A stretch of 64,000 nucleotides of DNA from a virus: IMG/VR virus record IMGVR_UViG_3300044681_000369, positions 64,001 to 128,000 of that record; one strand, written 5' to 3'. Shown one piece after another: positions 19,260-29,300 of this stretch (position 1 is its first letter; each line of letters begins with the position of its first letter). The notes beneath the pieces are model-generated. The model was not told the DNA's origin, did no database searches, and was given only the letters and a program-made list of their open reading frames with translations. Both the position numbers and the translations under genes were made by a program.

Positions 19260-19878
19260 TATCTTCAATCATCATTTTCCAGAAACTCTCATCTGGAATA
19301 ACATAGCCTAATGTAATTCTTTTACTCTTGGAACCGGCACAGTGATACCACACTTTGTCGGTTTCACTTCTTCTGCCAAAATAGCCCACTTTAACTGACC
19401 ATCCTTTAGGATCCAAAAGAGTTACCATTTCTTTGGTAATAGGATCACGATACCTAAAATAACCAGCTTCAGCTTCTGGGTTGTATGTTAAAAGAATGTT
19501 ATATCCAGAAGCATTCCAGTTTGTGTGCCAGCCCATAAATCCGCCTTCTGGATAATAGACATGTACCGCGTTTGTCTTTGCACCCAAGAACGAGATTAAT
19601 TCTCTATTCAATAGACGTTGCTTTTCTCTGTGTGCTTCTGGTATACCTGGAGTTAAACTAATATCACAACAATATGCGACTTCAGGAAATCCAACGTGAT
19701 CTCCATCTTTTTTAACTATATGATCTAGGTACTCTTTGTTAGTTGCAGATTCCATAGTATGTCCATGGACTCTATCTGGTTCTTTTAGCTTTGCGTGATC
19801 CGTCTGAGAGAAAAACCAATCTGTATAAGGAGTAACGATATCTAAAAGCTCATCGCTAATTGTATTTGTAAACTTCAT
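19222..19878 (-). CDS. 2OG-Fe(II) oxygenase-like (double-stranded beta-helix) protein
   Basis: YYPEGGFMGWHTN ... WYHCA ... RITLG: two His plus a distal Arg; HxN in place of HxD. Confidence 0.7.
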   Translation of the reverse strand: MKFTNTISDELLDIVTPYTDWFFSQTDHAKLKEPDRVHGHTMESATNKEYLDHIVKKDGDHVGFPEVAYCCDISLTPGIPEAHREKQRLLNRELISFLGAKTNAVHVYYPEGGFMGWHTNWNASGYNILLTYNPEAEAGYFRYRDPITKEMVTLLDPKGWSVKVGYFGRRSETDKVWYHCAGSKSKRITLGYVIPDESFWKMMIEDITGQDFGSLSET

Positions 19879-19881
19879 GTA

Positions 19882-20604
19882 TTATGCGTTCCTTATGGAC
19901 GGCGGCAAAGTATAGTGATGAATAATTTTAGGTTGACCTTTTAATTCTTCTTCTTTGTATCCGATAACAAAGTTCCAACGTGCGTCTGGATCAGGAAATC
20001 TTCCAGTCTTAACTCCCATGTTACCGTAAGTCAATAGACGCCACATTGTAAAGGTGTCCCATTCCAGTGCTTCTTTTGGATAATGTTCGTGATCGTATCC
20101 AGGTTCCTGTTGCTTTAGATACTCACCCCACCAAGCACTCATTAAATTGATTGTTTTTGGATTATGTCTGTAAACAAATAGTCCACAATGCTCTGTCATC
20201 TCTTCTGTGTTTGACAGCTTTGTGATTGCCGCGTTATATGGACGATTTGCTGTAAAGATAATATCAACGTTTTTTGGAATTTGATCGAAAATTGTTGTAA
20301 TATCTTCATGCACAATTTCAGTATCGCAATCCAAATATGCCGTTATATCATATGGAGTTTTGTCTAATGCCCAAAGTTTTGCCCGATGGTGTCTAGGAAC
20401 ACCATCGGTAATGATGTTCTCAAAAATTTCATAGTCTTCATCCTCTACCCACTCTTCATGCGTGAATAGAGTAATTTTAGCTTCAGGAAAATAATCTAAA
20501 AGAGATAACGCTGAATTCTTTGCGGCTAGATAGTAGCCTCTACGAAGAGATGCCACATAAAGAAATCCCTTTTTTACAATATTACCATCATTCTTCTGTC
20601 GCAT
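19882..20604 (-). CDS. Glycosyltransferase, GT-A fold (nucleotide-diphospho-sugar transferase)
   Basis: AKLWALDKTPYDITAYLDCDT (DxD), WDTFTMW, RWN, IIHH. Confidence 0.8.
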   Translation of the reverse strand: MRQKNDGNIVKKGFLYVASLRRGYYLAAKNSALSLLDYFPEAKITLFTHEEWVEDEDYEIFENIITDGVPRHHRAKLWALDKTPYDITAYLDCDTEIVHEDITTIFDQIPKNVDIIFTANRPYNAAITKLSNTEEMTEHCGLFVYRHNPKTINLMSAWWGEYLKQQEPGYDHEHYPKEALEWDTFTMWRLLTYGNMGVKTGRFPDPDARWNFVIGYKEEELKGQPKIIHHYTLPPSIRNA

Positions 20605-21055
20605 TGTCTTCAGCCTGAATCAACATTACTGTATATGCCAAAACTTCGAATGAGTTTTTAGCTCTACGAATTTTAGATTTCAAAGTTTTATTCTTAGACT
20701 GTTTGACTACTGGAATTTCAAAAGCATCCAATTTTGCTTCAAATAGGGCTTCATCTTTACGTCTTTGTTCATCAACTTTGCTACGCTCAATTCTTTCCCT
20801 TACTTCACGATGTCTACGCTCTTCTCTTTGACGAGTGTTTGCATCAATTTCTTCTTCTGTAAACGCCTTCATTATGGCGTCATAGTCCGGATTATTTCCG
20901 CCTTCTCCAGACACAGATGCAGGTAGGCTTTTACCAGTATCTGGATAATACATAATAACCATTACCTGCTTCTGAGCCTTGTTTAGCCAGAAGGGTTCTT
21001 TATATTGTTTTGGAGTTTCCTTTTCAGGAGAGATTTCTACTTCCACTTCAATCAC
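20588..21055 (-). CDS. Hypothetical protein (possible chaperone of the upstream repeat protein)
   Basis: LFEAKLDAFEIPVVKQSKNKTLKSKIRRAK; lies between the repeat protein and the GT. Confidence 0.6.
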   Translation of the reverse strand: MIEVEVEISPEKETPKQYKEPFWLNKAQKQVMVIMYYPDTGKSLPASVSGEGGNNPDYDAIMKAFTEEEIDANTRQREERRHREVRERIERSKVDEQRRKDEALFEAKLDAFEIPVVKQSKNKTLKSKIRRAKNSFEVLAYTVMLIQAEDNATEE

Positions 21056-21096
21056 CTCATTAATGTTAAAATTACATACTATTATATAGTAGAGCC

Positions 21097-21133
21097 TGGA
21101 GGTGACCCCGTAGAGTCACCTCCAAGCATTTTT
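21097..21133. terminator. 10-bp hairpin after the Tyr-repeat gene
   Basis: TGGAGGTGAC-N8-GTCACCTCCA; the T-run is on the + side only. Confidence 0.5.
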
Positions 21134-21137
21134 CATC

Positions 21138-22574
21138 TTAAGCAGTTCTTACCCAAAGAGTTACTGTTGAGACAACATCTTTGTTTGAGACAATGGTGTC
21201 ACCTGCATATGTACCAGAGTAAGAACCTGAGTAAGTTCTTGAGCCAGCGTATGAGCCTGAATAAGTTCTTGAGCCAGAGTATGAGTTTGCATATGTGCCA
21301 GAGTAAGTTCTGCTACCCGCATAGTTTGCGGAATAAGTTCTTGAGCCAGAGTATGAGTTTGCAAAGTACAGTGTGCCTGATGTATATGTGCCGGAATATG
21401 TTCTGCTACCAGCAAAGGAACTAGAAAAGTATTGTGTTGCAGAAACGTATGAGGCAGAATATGTTCTGGTTCCGGCAAAGTTACCGTTTAGATAACCACC
21501 GTAATATCTAGCATATGAGCCAGAATATGTTCTGCTACCAGAATATGGTCTTGTGCCGCCGTATGTTGAAACGTATGAGCCAGAATATGTTCTGCTGCCC
21601 GAATAGTTTCTAGTACCGGCATATGTATTTGCATATGAGTCAGAATATGTTCTGGATCCCGCATACTGAGAGGGGCTTGACGAATATGTTCTCGTACCAC
21701 CATAGGTATTTGTGTATGAAGAGCTATATGATCTTGTACCGCCATAGCTGGTGCTATAAGTTCTAGTGCCACCATATGAGCCAGTATAGTTTTGTGATAT
21801 AACCTGTTCTCTGGTATCCGAAGCGGATCCCATATTTACCCATGTTCCGCCAGAAGGCGTAGATGCTTGCAGTTTGTATGTGCCAACACCAGATGCAATA
21901 ATTCTATTTCTAAAATTAGCAGTCATCTGTTTAATTTCCGCATCAGTCATTGCAGTGACATTATTTCCGGAAACTTTTAGAGGACGCAAATCTGAATTAG
22001 CAGACGAAGTTGCGGCAGTTTTTTGCCAAATGTAGTAGGTTGTATTTCCGCCGTTTGCTACGTCTGTAATCGTATAGCGAGATGTCCATGTGCCACCGGT
22101 TGGTGCTGAACCAGAAAGACGATATTGACCGGCAGTATAATCGGATTCAGTTACCATAGCAGAAATAACTTTATCTAAGATATCTGTGCTAATTTCAGCG
22201 TTTGATAGTTGCTTAATACCACCAGAAACAGTGTCAAAACCAACTGTTCTAGCAGTAATTGATTCCGTGGCTGAAGATGTAACTTGCTTTGCGTAATATG
22301 TTACGGTTGCGGTGGAACCAGTTGCAGGGTGAGTACCAGTTGCTTCTGTTCGATCAGTATCAGAAAATGTACCGATAGATGTTCCAGTGAGTGCGTTTGC
22401 TGTATCAAGATTGATATCTGCTGGATTGCTGCCGTTACTTGCCGCTGTTGCAAAGTCTGTTGTAATTTGACTTGCAATATAGTTTTTTACTTCCGCGTCG
22501 GACATAACCTGCAAACCTTGAAAGTTTGCAGAGGTGATTGGCGAACCAGAAGCCTTTAGTCTTAATGGATTCAT
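21138..22574 (-). CDS. Virion structural protein with long Tyr/Ser/Gly/Thr repeat (YxGxRTYS)
   Basis: About 200 aa of Y(S/A/G)G(S/T)RTYS repeats; lies in the late structural operon. Confidence 0.7.
   Translation of the reverse strand: MNPLRLKASGSPITSANFQGLQVMSDAEVKNYIASQITTDFATAASNGSNPADINLDTANALTGTSIGTFSDTDRTEATGTHPATGSTATVTYYAKQVTSSATESITARTVGFDTVSGGIKQLSNAEISTDILDKVISAMVTESDYTAGQYRLSGSAPTGGTWTSRYTITDVANGGNTTYYIWQKTAATSSANSDLRPLKVSGNNVTAMTDAEIKQMTANFRNRIIASGVGTYKLQASTPSGGTWVNMGSASDTREQVISQNYTGSYGGTRTYSTSYGGTRSYSSSYTNTYGGTRTYSSSPSQYAGSRTYSDSYANTYAGTRNYSGSRTYSGSYVSTYGGTRPYSGSRTYSGSYARYYGGYLNGNFAGTRTYSASYVSATQYFSSSFAGSRTYSGTYTSGTLYFANSYSGSRTYSANYAGSRTYSGTYANSYSGSRTYSGSYAGSRTYSGSYSGTYAGDTIVSNKDVVSTVTLWVRTA
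21200..21790. repeat. Degenerate coding repeats (YAGSRTYSGS)n
   Basis: Repeated gagccagaatatgttct / gagtaagttcttgagcc units. Confidence 0.8.
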
Positions 22575-22585
22575 CGAAAGTTACC

Positions 22586-23068
22586 TTAGTTTAATCTGGT
22601 TCCAGATTCATCGTAAATTACAAGTGGGGTATTTGTATACCAGTCGGTACCATCTTTTGCAACAAAGGTTGCAGAAGTATACCCAGCCATTGTAACTGCC
22701 GCGTCTGAAGACCCGCCGTTAATTTTATCGCCAGTATTTGGATAAACTTTCAATGCTGTTCCTGTCGTATTAACTACTGTGTAGACTAACGCGGCAGAAG
22801 CAACTGGAAGTTTAACACCTTGTCCAGCACTTACTGTGGTAACAATGCTATTTGTAGCCGATAAGGCAGTAGCACCGCTCTGATCTGTACCAGCGGCAGA
22901 TACTGTAGCACTAATAGATGGCTTGAGGTCACCAGACAGAGTAAGCGTGCCAAAGCTAGGATTATCCCCAGACTGATACTTATCTGTATTAAGATTGTTA
23001 AAGTTATTATCAACCTCAGTGTTCGTTAGGGGCGAACCTTTAGCCGATCTTAAAGTGATTGTTGACAT
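22586..23068 (-). CDS. Virion fibre/adaptor protein
   Basis: ITLRSAKGSPLTNTEVDNNF N-terminus (common baseplate/fibre motif); C-terminus YDESGTRLN. Confidence 0.7.
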   Translation of the reverse strand: MSTITLRSAKGSPLTNTEVDNNFNNLNTDKYQSGDNPSFGTLTLSGDLKPSISATVSAAGTDQSGATALSATNSIVTTVSAGQGVKLPVASAALVYTVVNTTGTALKVYPNTGDKINGGSSDAAVTMAGYTSATFVAKDGTDWYTNTPLVIYDESGTRLN

Positions 23069-23070
23069 AT

Positions 23071-23301
23071 CTACTTACCTTGATTTTTTATGATTTGTTG
23101 CAACATTAATTTTATGTCGATCATTTCTTGCTTAACTGTATTTATATCGGTTTCAATCTCACGCATCCGATTTAGAATACTTTTTTGACTTTCTCGCTTT
23201 GCACGATATTGCTTTAGCCCTTCCAAATCATTAGAAATGATGGCCTTTGAATGCCCATCTCTTAGATATTTAGTTGTATCTTCCAAAGCATATTTCGACA
23301 T
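23071..23301 (-). CDS. Small conserved T4-like protein after the VrlC-like gene
   Basis: LRDGHSKAIIS...IKLMLQQII. Likely start MSKYALED at 23301. Confidence 0.65.
   Translation of the reverse strand: MSKYALEDTTKYLRDGHSKAIISNDLEGLKQYRAKRESQKSILNRMREIETDINTVKQEMIDIKLMLQQIIKNQGK
23139..23146 (-). promoter_or_regulatory. Late promoter TATAAATA (intragenic, serving 22586..23068 and downstream genes)
   Basis: Exact consensus ~70 nt upstream of the next start. Confidence 0.6.
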
Positions 23302-23305
23302 AAAA

Positions 23306-26300
23306 TTATACCTGTAGAGCAATTGCACGAAGTTCCCTGACTTTAGGAACAACGCACTGTTTGGTGGACAACATCACGATTTTAATCGCAAAAATCTTAT
23401 ACCCAGTGTATGTCACTCCGGCATCTGTATATTCATACACACCAGAACCATTCAAGACGCTTGCTGGTAAGTCATATGTGTATTCAGCATAACCAGTTGG
23501 TAACAATTCTGACGGAGGAGTTGTTTCCATCAGGACCCAATCTTTATCCTCAAATGCTTCTGGGTCAGCCTCGTGCTGTAGTCTTGCATATACCTTAACA
23601 TCTGTTCCAGATGGAAGATTATTTGTCAAGTAAACTCGCAGGTCTTCGGCTTCTTGTCCATCATCCAATACAACTCTTCTAGAAACATATTTCGATCTTG
23701 CAGATCCAAACCCGGTTTCTTCATCGGTGTCATCATTATTAATATCATTGGCTGTTGCTATCATAGAGCATTTTCTCAAATCAATTACTGGAGAAACAGT
23801 AGAGGTTTGAGTGTACATGCCAACTCTAATCTTAAATGACTTTTCTCCACCAAGATTTTCATATTCATTCGAGAATGATCTAATAGACGCATCATATAGC
23901 AATTCTTCAGGCTTGTCTGCTGTGAAGTTCTCAAAATCTGTACCGGCAGTAGTTTCTGTTCCGGTATTTTCCGTGGCAGAATATGACCAAACCATTCTGC
24001 ATGGTGTATGATTCATATGACCAACGTTTGCAGTGAGTGAATTGATTGCCTTATCTTCAACTTCTACAACTTCTCCGTAAGCGGTACCGTTACCAACAAC
24101 ATCGCTGGCAGAGAATGCGCCTGTTACAACATACAACTTGGCAACATTATACAATGTGTCATAAGTTTGGATTAAACCGGAATTTAATCTAACCGTTGCT
24201 GAGCCGTCTGTGCCACCAGAAATTGTACTGAATGAAATTGTTGGCGCACTTGTGTAGCCTGCTCCTGGATTTGTAACAGTAATGCTTGAAATTTGATTTG
24301 ATGAAACAACAACATCTACAGTTGCATCTGTTGTGGCTCCACCGCCAGACAGTGTAATTGAATGTGTGCCGTTTGTATATCCAGAACCGGCATCATCAAT
24401 AGTAAACGAGAACCCGTGAATAGATTCGCCCACATCAAAGTTTCCGCCTGTAAATTGATCAAAGCGGAGATAATCAATATCTTGAGTTTCCAGTTCGACC
24501 AAACCAACACTGTTGATATCAAAGTCTGCTCTGTTTAGCAGGAACTTCATGTCTTCTGCCTGGTGTGCTGTCCAAGTTCTATTGTTTGCTGAAGTGAATA
24601 GTACACCAACGCTTGGCTGTTCCGTAACTCTTGTTGTTGTGTTTACAACATTTTCACCCAACTCAGATACCCAAACTTCATAGTCTGGAGAGTTACCTTC
24701 AGGCAACAGAACATAGCAATATTCTGTATTGTTCTTTAGATAGACAGGAGAAGGGAATGTAAACCGAGTTCTTGCACCCGCATTGTCAGCGTCAACGTTA
24801 ACTTGCTCTGGTCTTAATGTTACTTCACCAAATGGTAGAATGTTATTTGAAGGATAACCATTCTGAACTTCTCTCAATTCTAATTTAATTGCGGCTGTAT
24901 CTGATTTTGTTCTAAAGAAAACATCAACCGATGTTGCATACATGCCAAAAGGCATATCTTCAACCATAAAGGTCTGAGAGATAGGATCAAAGCCTGGTGT
25001 AAAAGCAAGACCACAATTCCAGTTCCACTGCCAAGCGGTATCCCACCAGAGAGACAGTTCGTCTGCAATCCAAAAATCGTCCCAACAAGCTATGTTAGGA
25101 TTGGGATCCGGAACAGGAGCGGCAGTAGTTGTAGTTGGCGCCGCCGTTGTGGTGGTGGTGGTCGTAGTTGTTGGCGCCGCCGTTGTGGTGGTGGTCGTAG
25201 TTGTAGTGGTTGTAGTTGGCGCCGCCGTTGTGGTGGTCGTAGTTGTTGGCGCCGCCGTAGTTGTAGTTGTTGTTACTCTCGGAGTAGTGGTTTCCGGGTT
25301 AACAGTGGGAACTACAGGCTCATCCGGCGGCGATGGCGGAGGATAAATAATAGTTGTGTTAGTATTATTGACAGTTGTAGTATTATCAACATAGGTATTT
25401 TGAATATTTGTAGTGTTGTTTACTGTAGTATATGTGTTATTTACTACAGTGGTTTGAATACCAACTCTTCTCCCCTCAAGTCTATTGACTGTGGTTTGAG
25501 TATCATATGTAAGTCTAGTATCCGTAAGAGTGTTGGTTGCAATCTTAGCAACTCTAGTAGAAATTACGGTATCTTGAACATTTTGTGCTAAACCGTTTGC
25601 AGAAAATGTTTGACTACAAACTGTAGTTAAGAATTTTTCTCTATTTTGCTCATCATCAGCCAAACGGAAAATCTTTTCGCCAACTCTAAATTGTCCCTGT
25701 GGGATTCTAAATTGTCCCATGGCTCTACCTTCATCGTTAGTGATGATGGCATCACCCCAATCACCATCCGCATAAGATGATGCTTCGACTGAATTGGTAA
25801 AGTTCTGATTCCATGCGCCAGATACTGCAACTGGTCGGCAATGTTCTGACACTGCAATACCATCAAAGAAAGGATATATCCGTGTGTTAGGCTTCATTCT
25901 CTCTGCCTTAAACGTTACGGTTATACTTCTCATGAATGGAATGATTGAAGTATTTGTTACTCTGGCTCCAGTTCTCTGAGTTTGAGTTTCTGGTGTAACA
26001 CTAATTGAAATGCCCTGTCTTGTTTGACGCTGTTCAATTGTAGATGTTACAATTTGCATGTCTGTCTGGAATCCGGTATCGCCTCCACCATAAACGGCGC
26101 TTACCGCATCTGTGGTTTCTGTTGATACAACTCTACCAGTTCCTAAATCTTGCCAGTCGCCCCACTGAGTTCCCCAGGCATCTGCCATCTGTTCCCAGGC
26201 ATCATAGTTTCCATCAAAGTTTGCAGAAACATCGGGAAGAACGCTAGTATCTGTCCAGTTGTCAACCGGAGGATCAAGTTGCATATCACCAATATAATTG

Positions 26301-29300
26301 AAGAGCAACTCACCCACACAATTTCTTGGTTTGGTAGCAAATAGGTTTCTAGTATAATTTACTTCAGTGTATGGCAATGTAATCAAATCGCCAGTCTTTT
26401 GAATATTTGACGAATTTGTAGAATTATACTGAAGATCAACGTTTTCTAAAAAGAAGAACGCACGAAGTTCTTTTTTCTCAGGATCTATAGCTGAGTGATG
26501 TTCAGAACTCTTAACGTTTGCAATATTGTGACCAGTAAAGGCATCAACTAGAATGCCGTTCTTAAATCGATTTAAGCCTGGATCTGCGGCAGAAGGAATT
26601 ACGAGGTCCTTTGCTGCCTTCTCTAAAAGATTTAGAGAACTATAATACTCTAGTCGATTAATTCTCTGTTCTAATACACCAATGTCTCGCATGGTGTATC
26701 TACGATTATCTTGTAATTTATACTTTACGCCCATTTCTGGCTTACCAATTACCTTAGCAACGTTTGGTGCCAAAGATGGATAAGGAGGAATGGTTACAAC
26801 TGCTAATGTCATAGCATTGTCTGGTTCGGCTGCCTCTAATGGAGATAGAGAAGGAACGCCGTAAACTGATGAGAAATTGCCTTCTTCATCAATAACAATT
26901 CTATCTTTTCTACCCATGTAGTATTCGATGTCAGTAATGAACTGCTCTGTAGGAACAGGTACAATTACTGCGCCACCTTGAGGACCACTCAAAGTAGATG
27001 CATATGCAGGGTTTGTATTTGATGGATCTGATTCGGCAGTAGAAACATTTGTGTAGTATGAAATTTCGTTATCATACCTTGGTCTAAAGTCTAATGTATC
27101 TCTTAGATCGTAAGAGCTACCAGAAACCGTTGAGGTAAAGATAGGAATCTCATACGTTTTTAGTGTACCTGCCGCACCAGTTTCGTCATCTACTGGATAT
27201 GAATCCACGGTGTAGAAGTTATAGTTTGTAACTGGAGAACCGTTGTGTTCAAAATAATCAAAAACAACAACAAGTTTTGAATCAGTTAAATTCAGAGATG
27301 ATGTTGGTTTCTTGATGATTCTGCAATTTGCATAGAAATTGTCTCTTTGCCCATTGTCAAAAGTAAACTGATCTTTTACATCATCTCCCAAAGCAACAAC
27401 ATCTGCCGCAGTCTCATCGTACGGTCCAACATAAACGTGTTTTAGTTGCCAACCGTCTGACGCACCTAAACTATATGTGCCTGAGGTGTCGCCACTAGTA
27501 TTAGTGTTAATGATAACAACGGCATCTTCCTTCATAACCTTAGTTACAGGATCAGCGTTTGCAACATGTACCTTAACGAGTACCTGAACTGTTGCCGCTG
27601 TTGCTCCAGCACTACCAGGAAGATTAATTGTTAACTGTGTGCCTGTGTTGCTAACGCTAAATCCAGAAGCACTCAAATCTAGAATAGAACCGGCTGGATA
27701 AGAAGTGCCCTCAATGGTTGCAGCCTGTGTTAGAGTTACAACAACATTGTCTAGTGCTTCAGTATCACTTAATGTAGGAATTGAAAACGGAAAACTTTCA
27801 CTTCCTGAAACGCCAACTGTAATCGAATTTGTTGATGTTGAAATTGATCCAGAAAGTTGTTTTGTGTAGTCAAAACTATTGTCTTGCGCAAGATTTGGCT
27901 TTGTTGTTTTTGTTGCTTTTGACGGAAGTCTAAACAACAACCTATTAAATTTTGTCTCTTTTAATACTGCTATACCAGACTCTAAAACTAGGTCTGCGTG
28001 GCCATCGGCTGTTGTATTATAGTACAACGCTCGGACAGAATCAAAATTTTGACCAGAATTAATTTTGATGTCATAGAGATAAACTCTATACTGTGCTGCC
28101 GCATTGCCTGGTGTACCAGAACTGTACTGAACGTAACGAACTTTTGCTGTACCAATTTCGCTACCACCGGCAGCTGTTGATGACAAGGTTCCAGACGTAA
28201 CTGCATTTGTTGCGGCGCTTCTTAAAGATACTGTGCCGCCACCAGCAACATCCCATGAACCGCAGAAATCATCAACGATAACATAGTTACCGTAAGACGT
28301 TGCTACAGAATTCTCTTGAATTGTTCTTGTGGTTAATCCTTTTGGTACAATAATGTATTCGGTTTTATATGTTTCGGCTAAATAACCGCGAACATATGCT
28401 TTACCTGGCTCAATACCAATGGCAAGCAATTCTTCATTGCCTCCCATATTTGGATCATCTGAATTATATGGCAGTAAACCAGAATTTGTGCCATCATCTA
28501 GATGTTCCAAAATTCTGATAGGAAATGGTTTTACTGAATAGTTGCCAGACTCATCGTATGTTCTCTTTGCAATATTCTTGCCAAGAAGAGCATAGATTTT
28601 ATCTTCAGTCTGAGTTGTGTATAATGAACCCGCTTTAATTTCAATATATTGCTGGAAGTCTTCAGATACTTGATCGTTTCTTCCATATTTTACCAAAGAT
28701 GCTGTTGACAAATATCTGTCTGCACCAGGCGCGGCAAAGTTAAATGTTCCTTGCGCTGGATCAAGTAGTGTTTGATCTTCTTCGGCATTTACAATATTTT
28801 CAATTAATTCAAAACCAATCTTATATGTAGGAAGATTACTATATGGATCAAGAATCATCGTTTCTTTTGTAAACTCGACAAATTTGCCGTCAAGATATAC
28901 AATACCATCATTGACGGTAACAAAAGAACCAAGACCTCTATATGCCTGATCGCCAGGAACTAAGCTATCGTTAGCAACAAATGTGTCGCCAATTAGAGTG
29001 ACATCTTCTGCATCTGTAACCAAAAGAACTTCGCTTGGTTCAAAATATGAATTTGAAGTTTCGCCGTCACCAGAAATATATCTCAAATATAATGTGTTTA
29101 AGAATGGTGCAGTTGTCTGAGAACCAGAAAGCACATTTACTACTAGTGCGGTGATCCCAGATGTTTGTCCTGTTACCGTGCATCCAACATATCTGTTTAA
29201 GTCAGATAGTGTTAGTCCAGATGCGTCTAAGTCATTGATTTTAATGAAGTTTGCGTTAACATCTAGCTGAAATTCGCAGCCAGCAATAACGGCACCATTC

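Noticed and set aside
13727-25345. CRISPR-like arrays at the repeat tracts (13.7, 21.2-21.8 and 25.1-25.3 kb)
   Set aside because: The repeats are in-frame coding repeats without unique spacers, and there are no cas genes.
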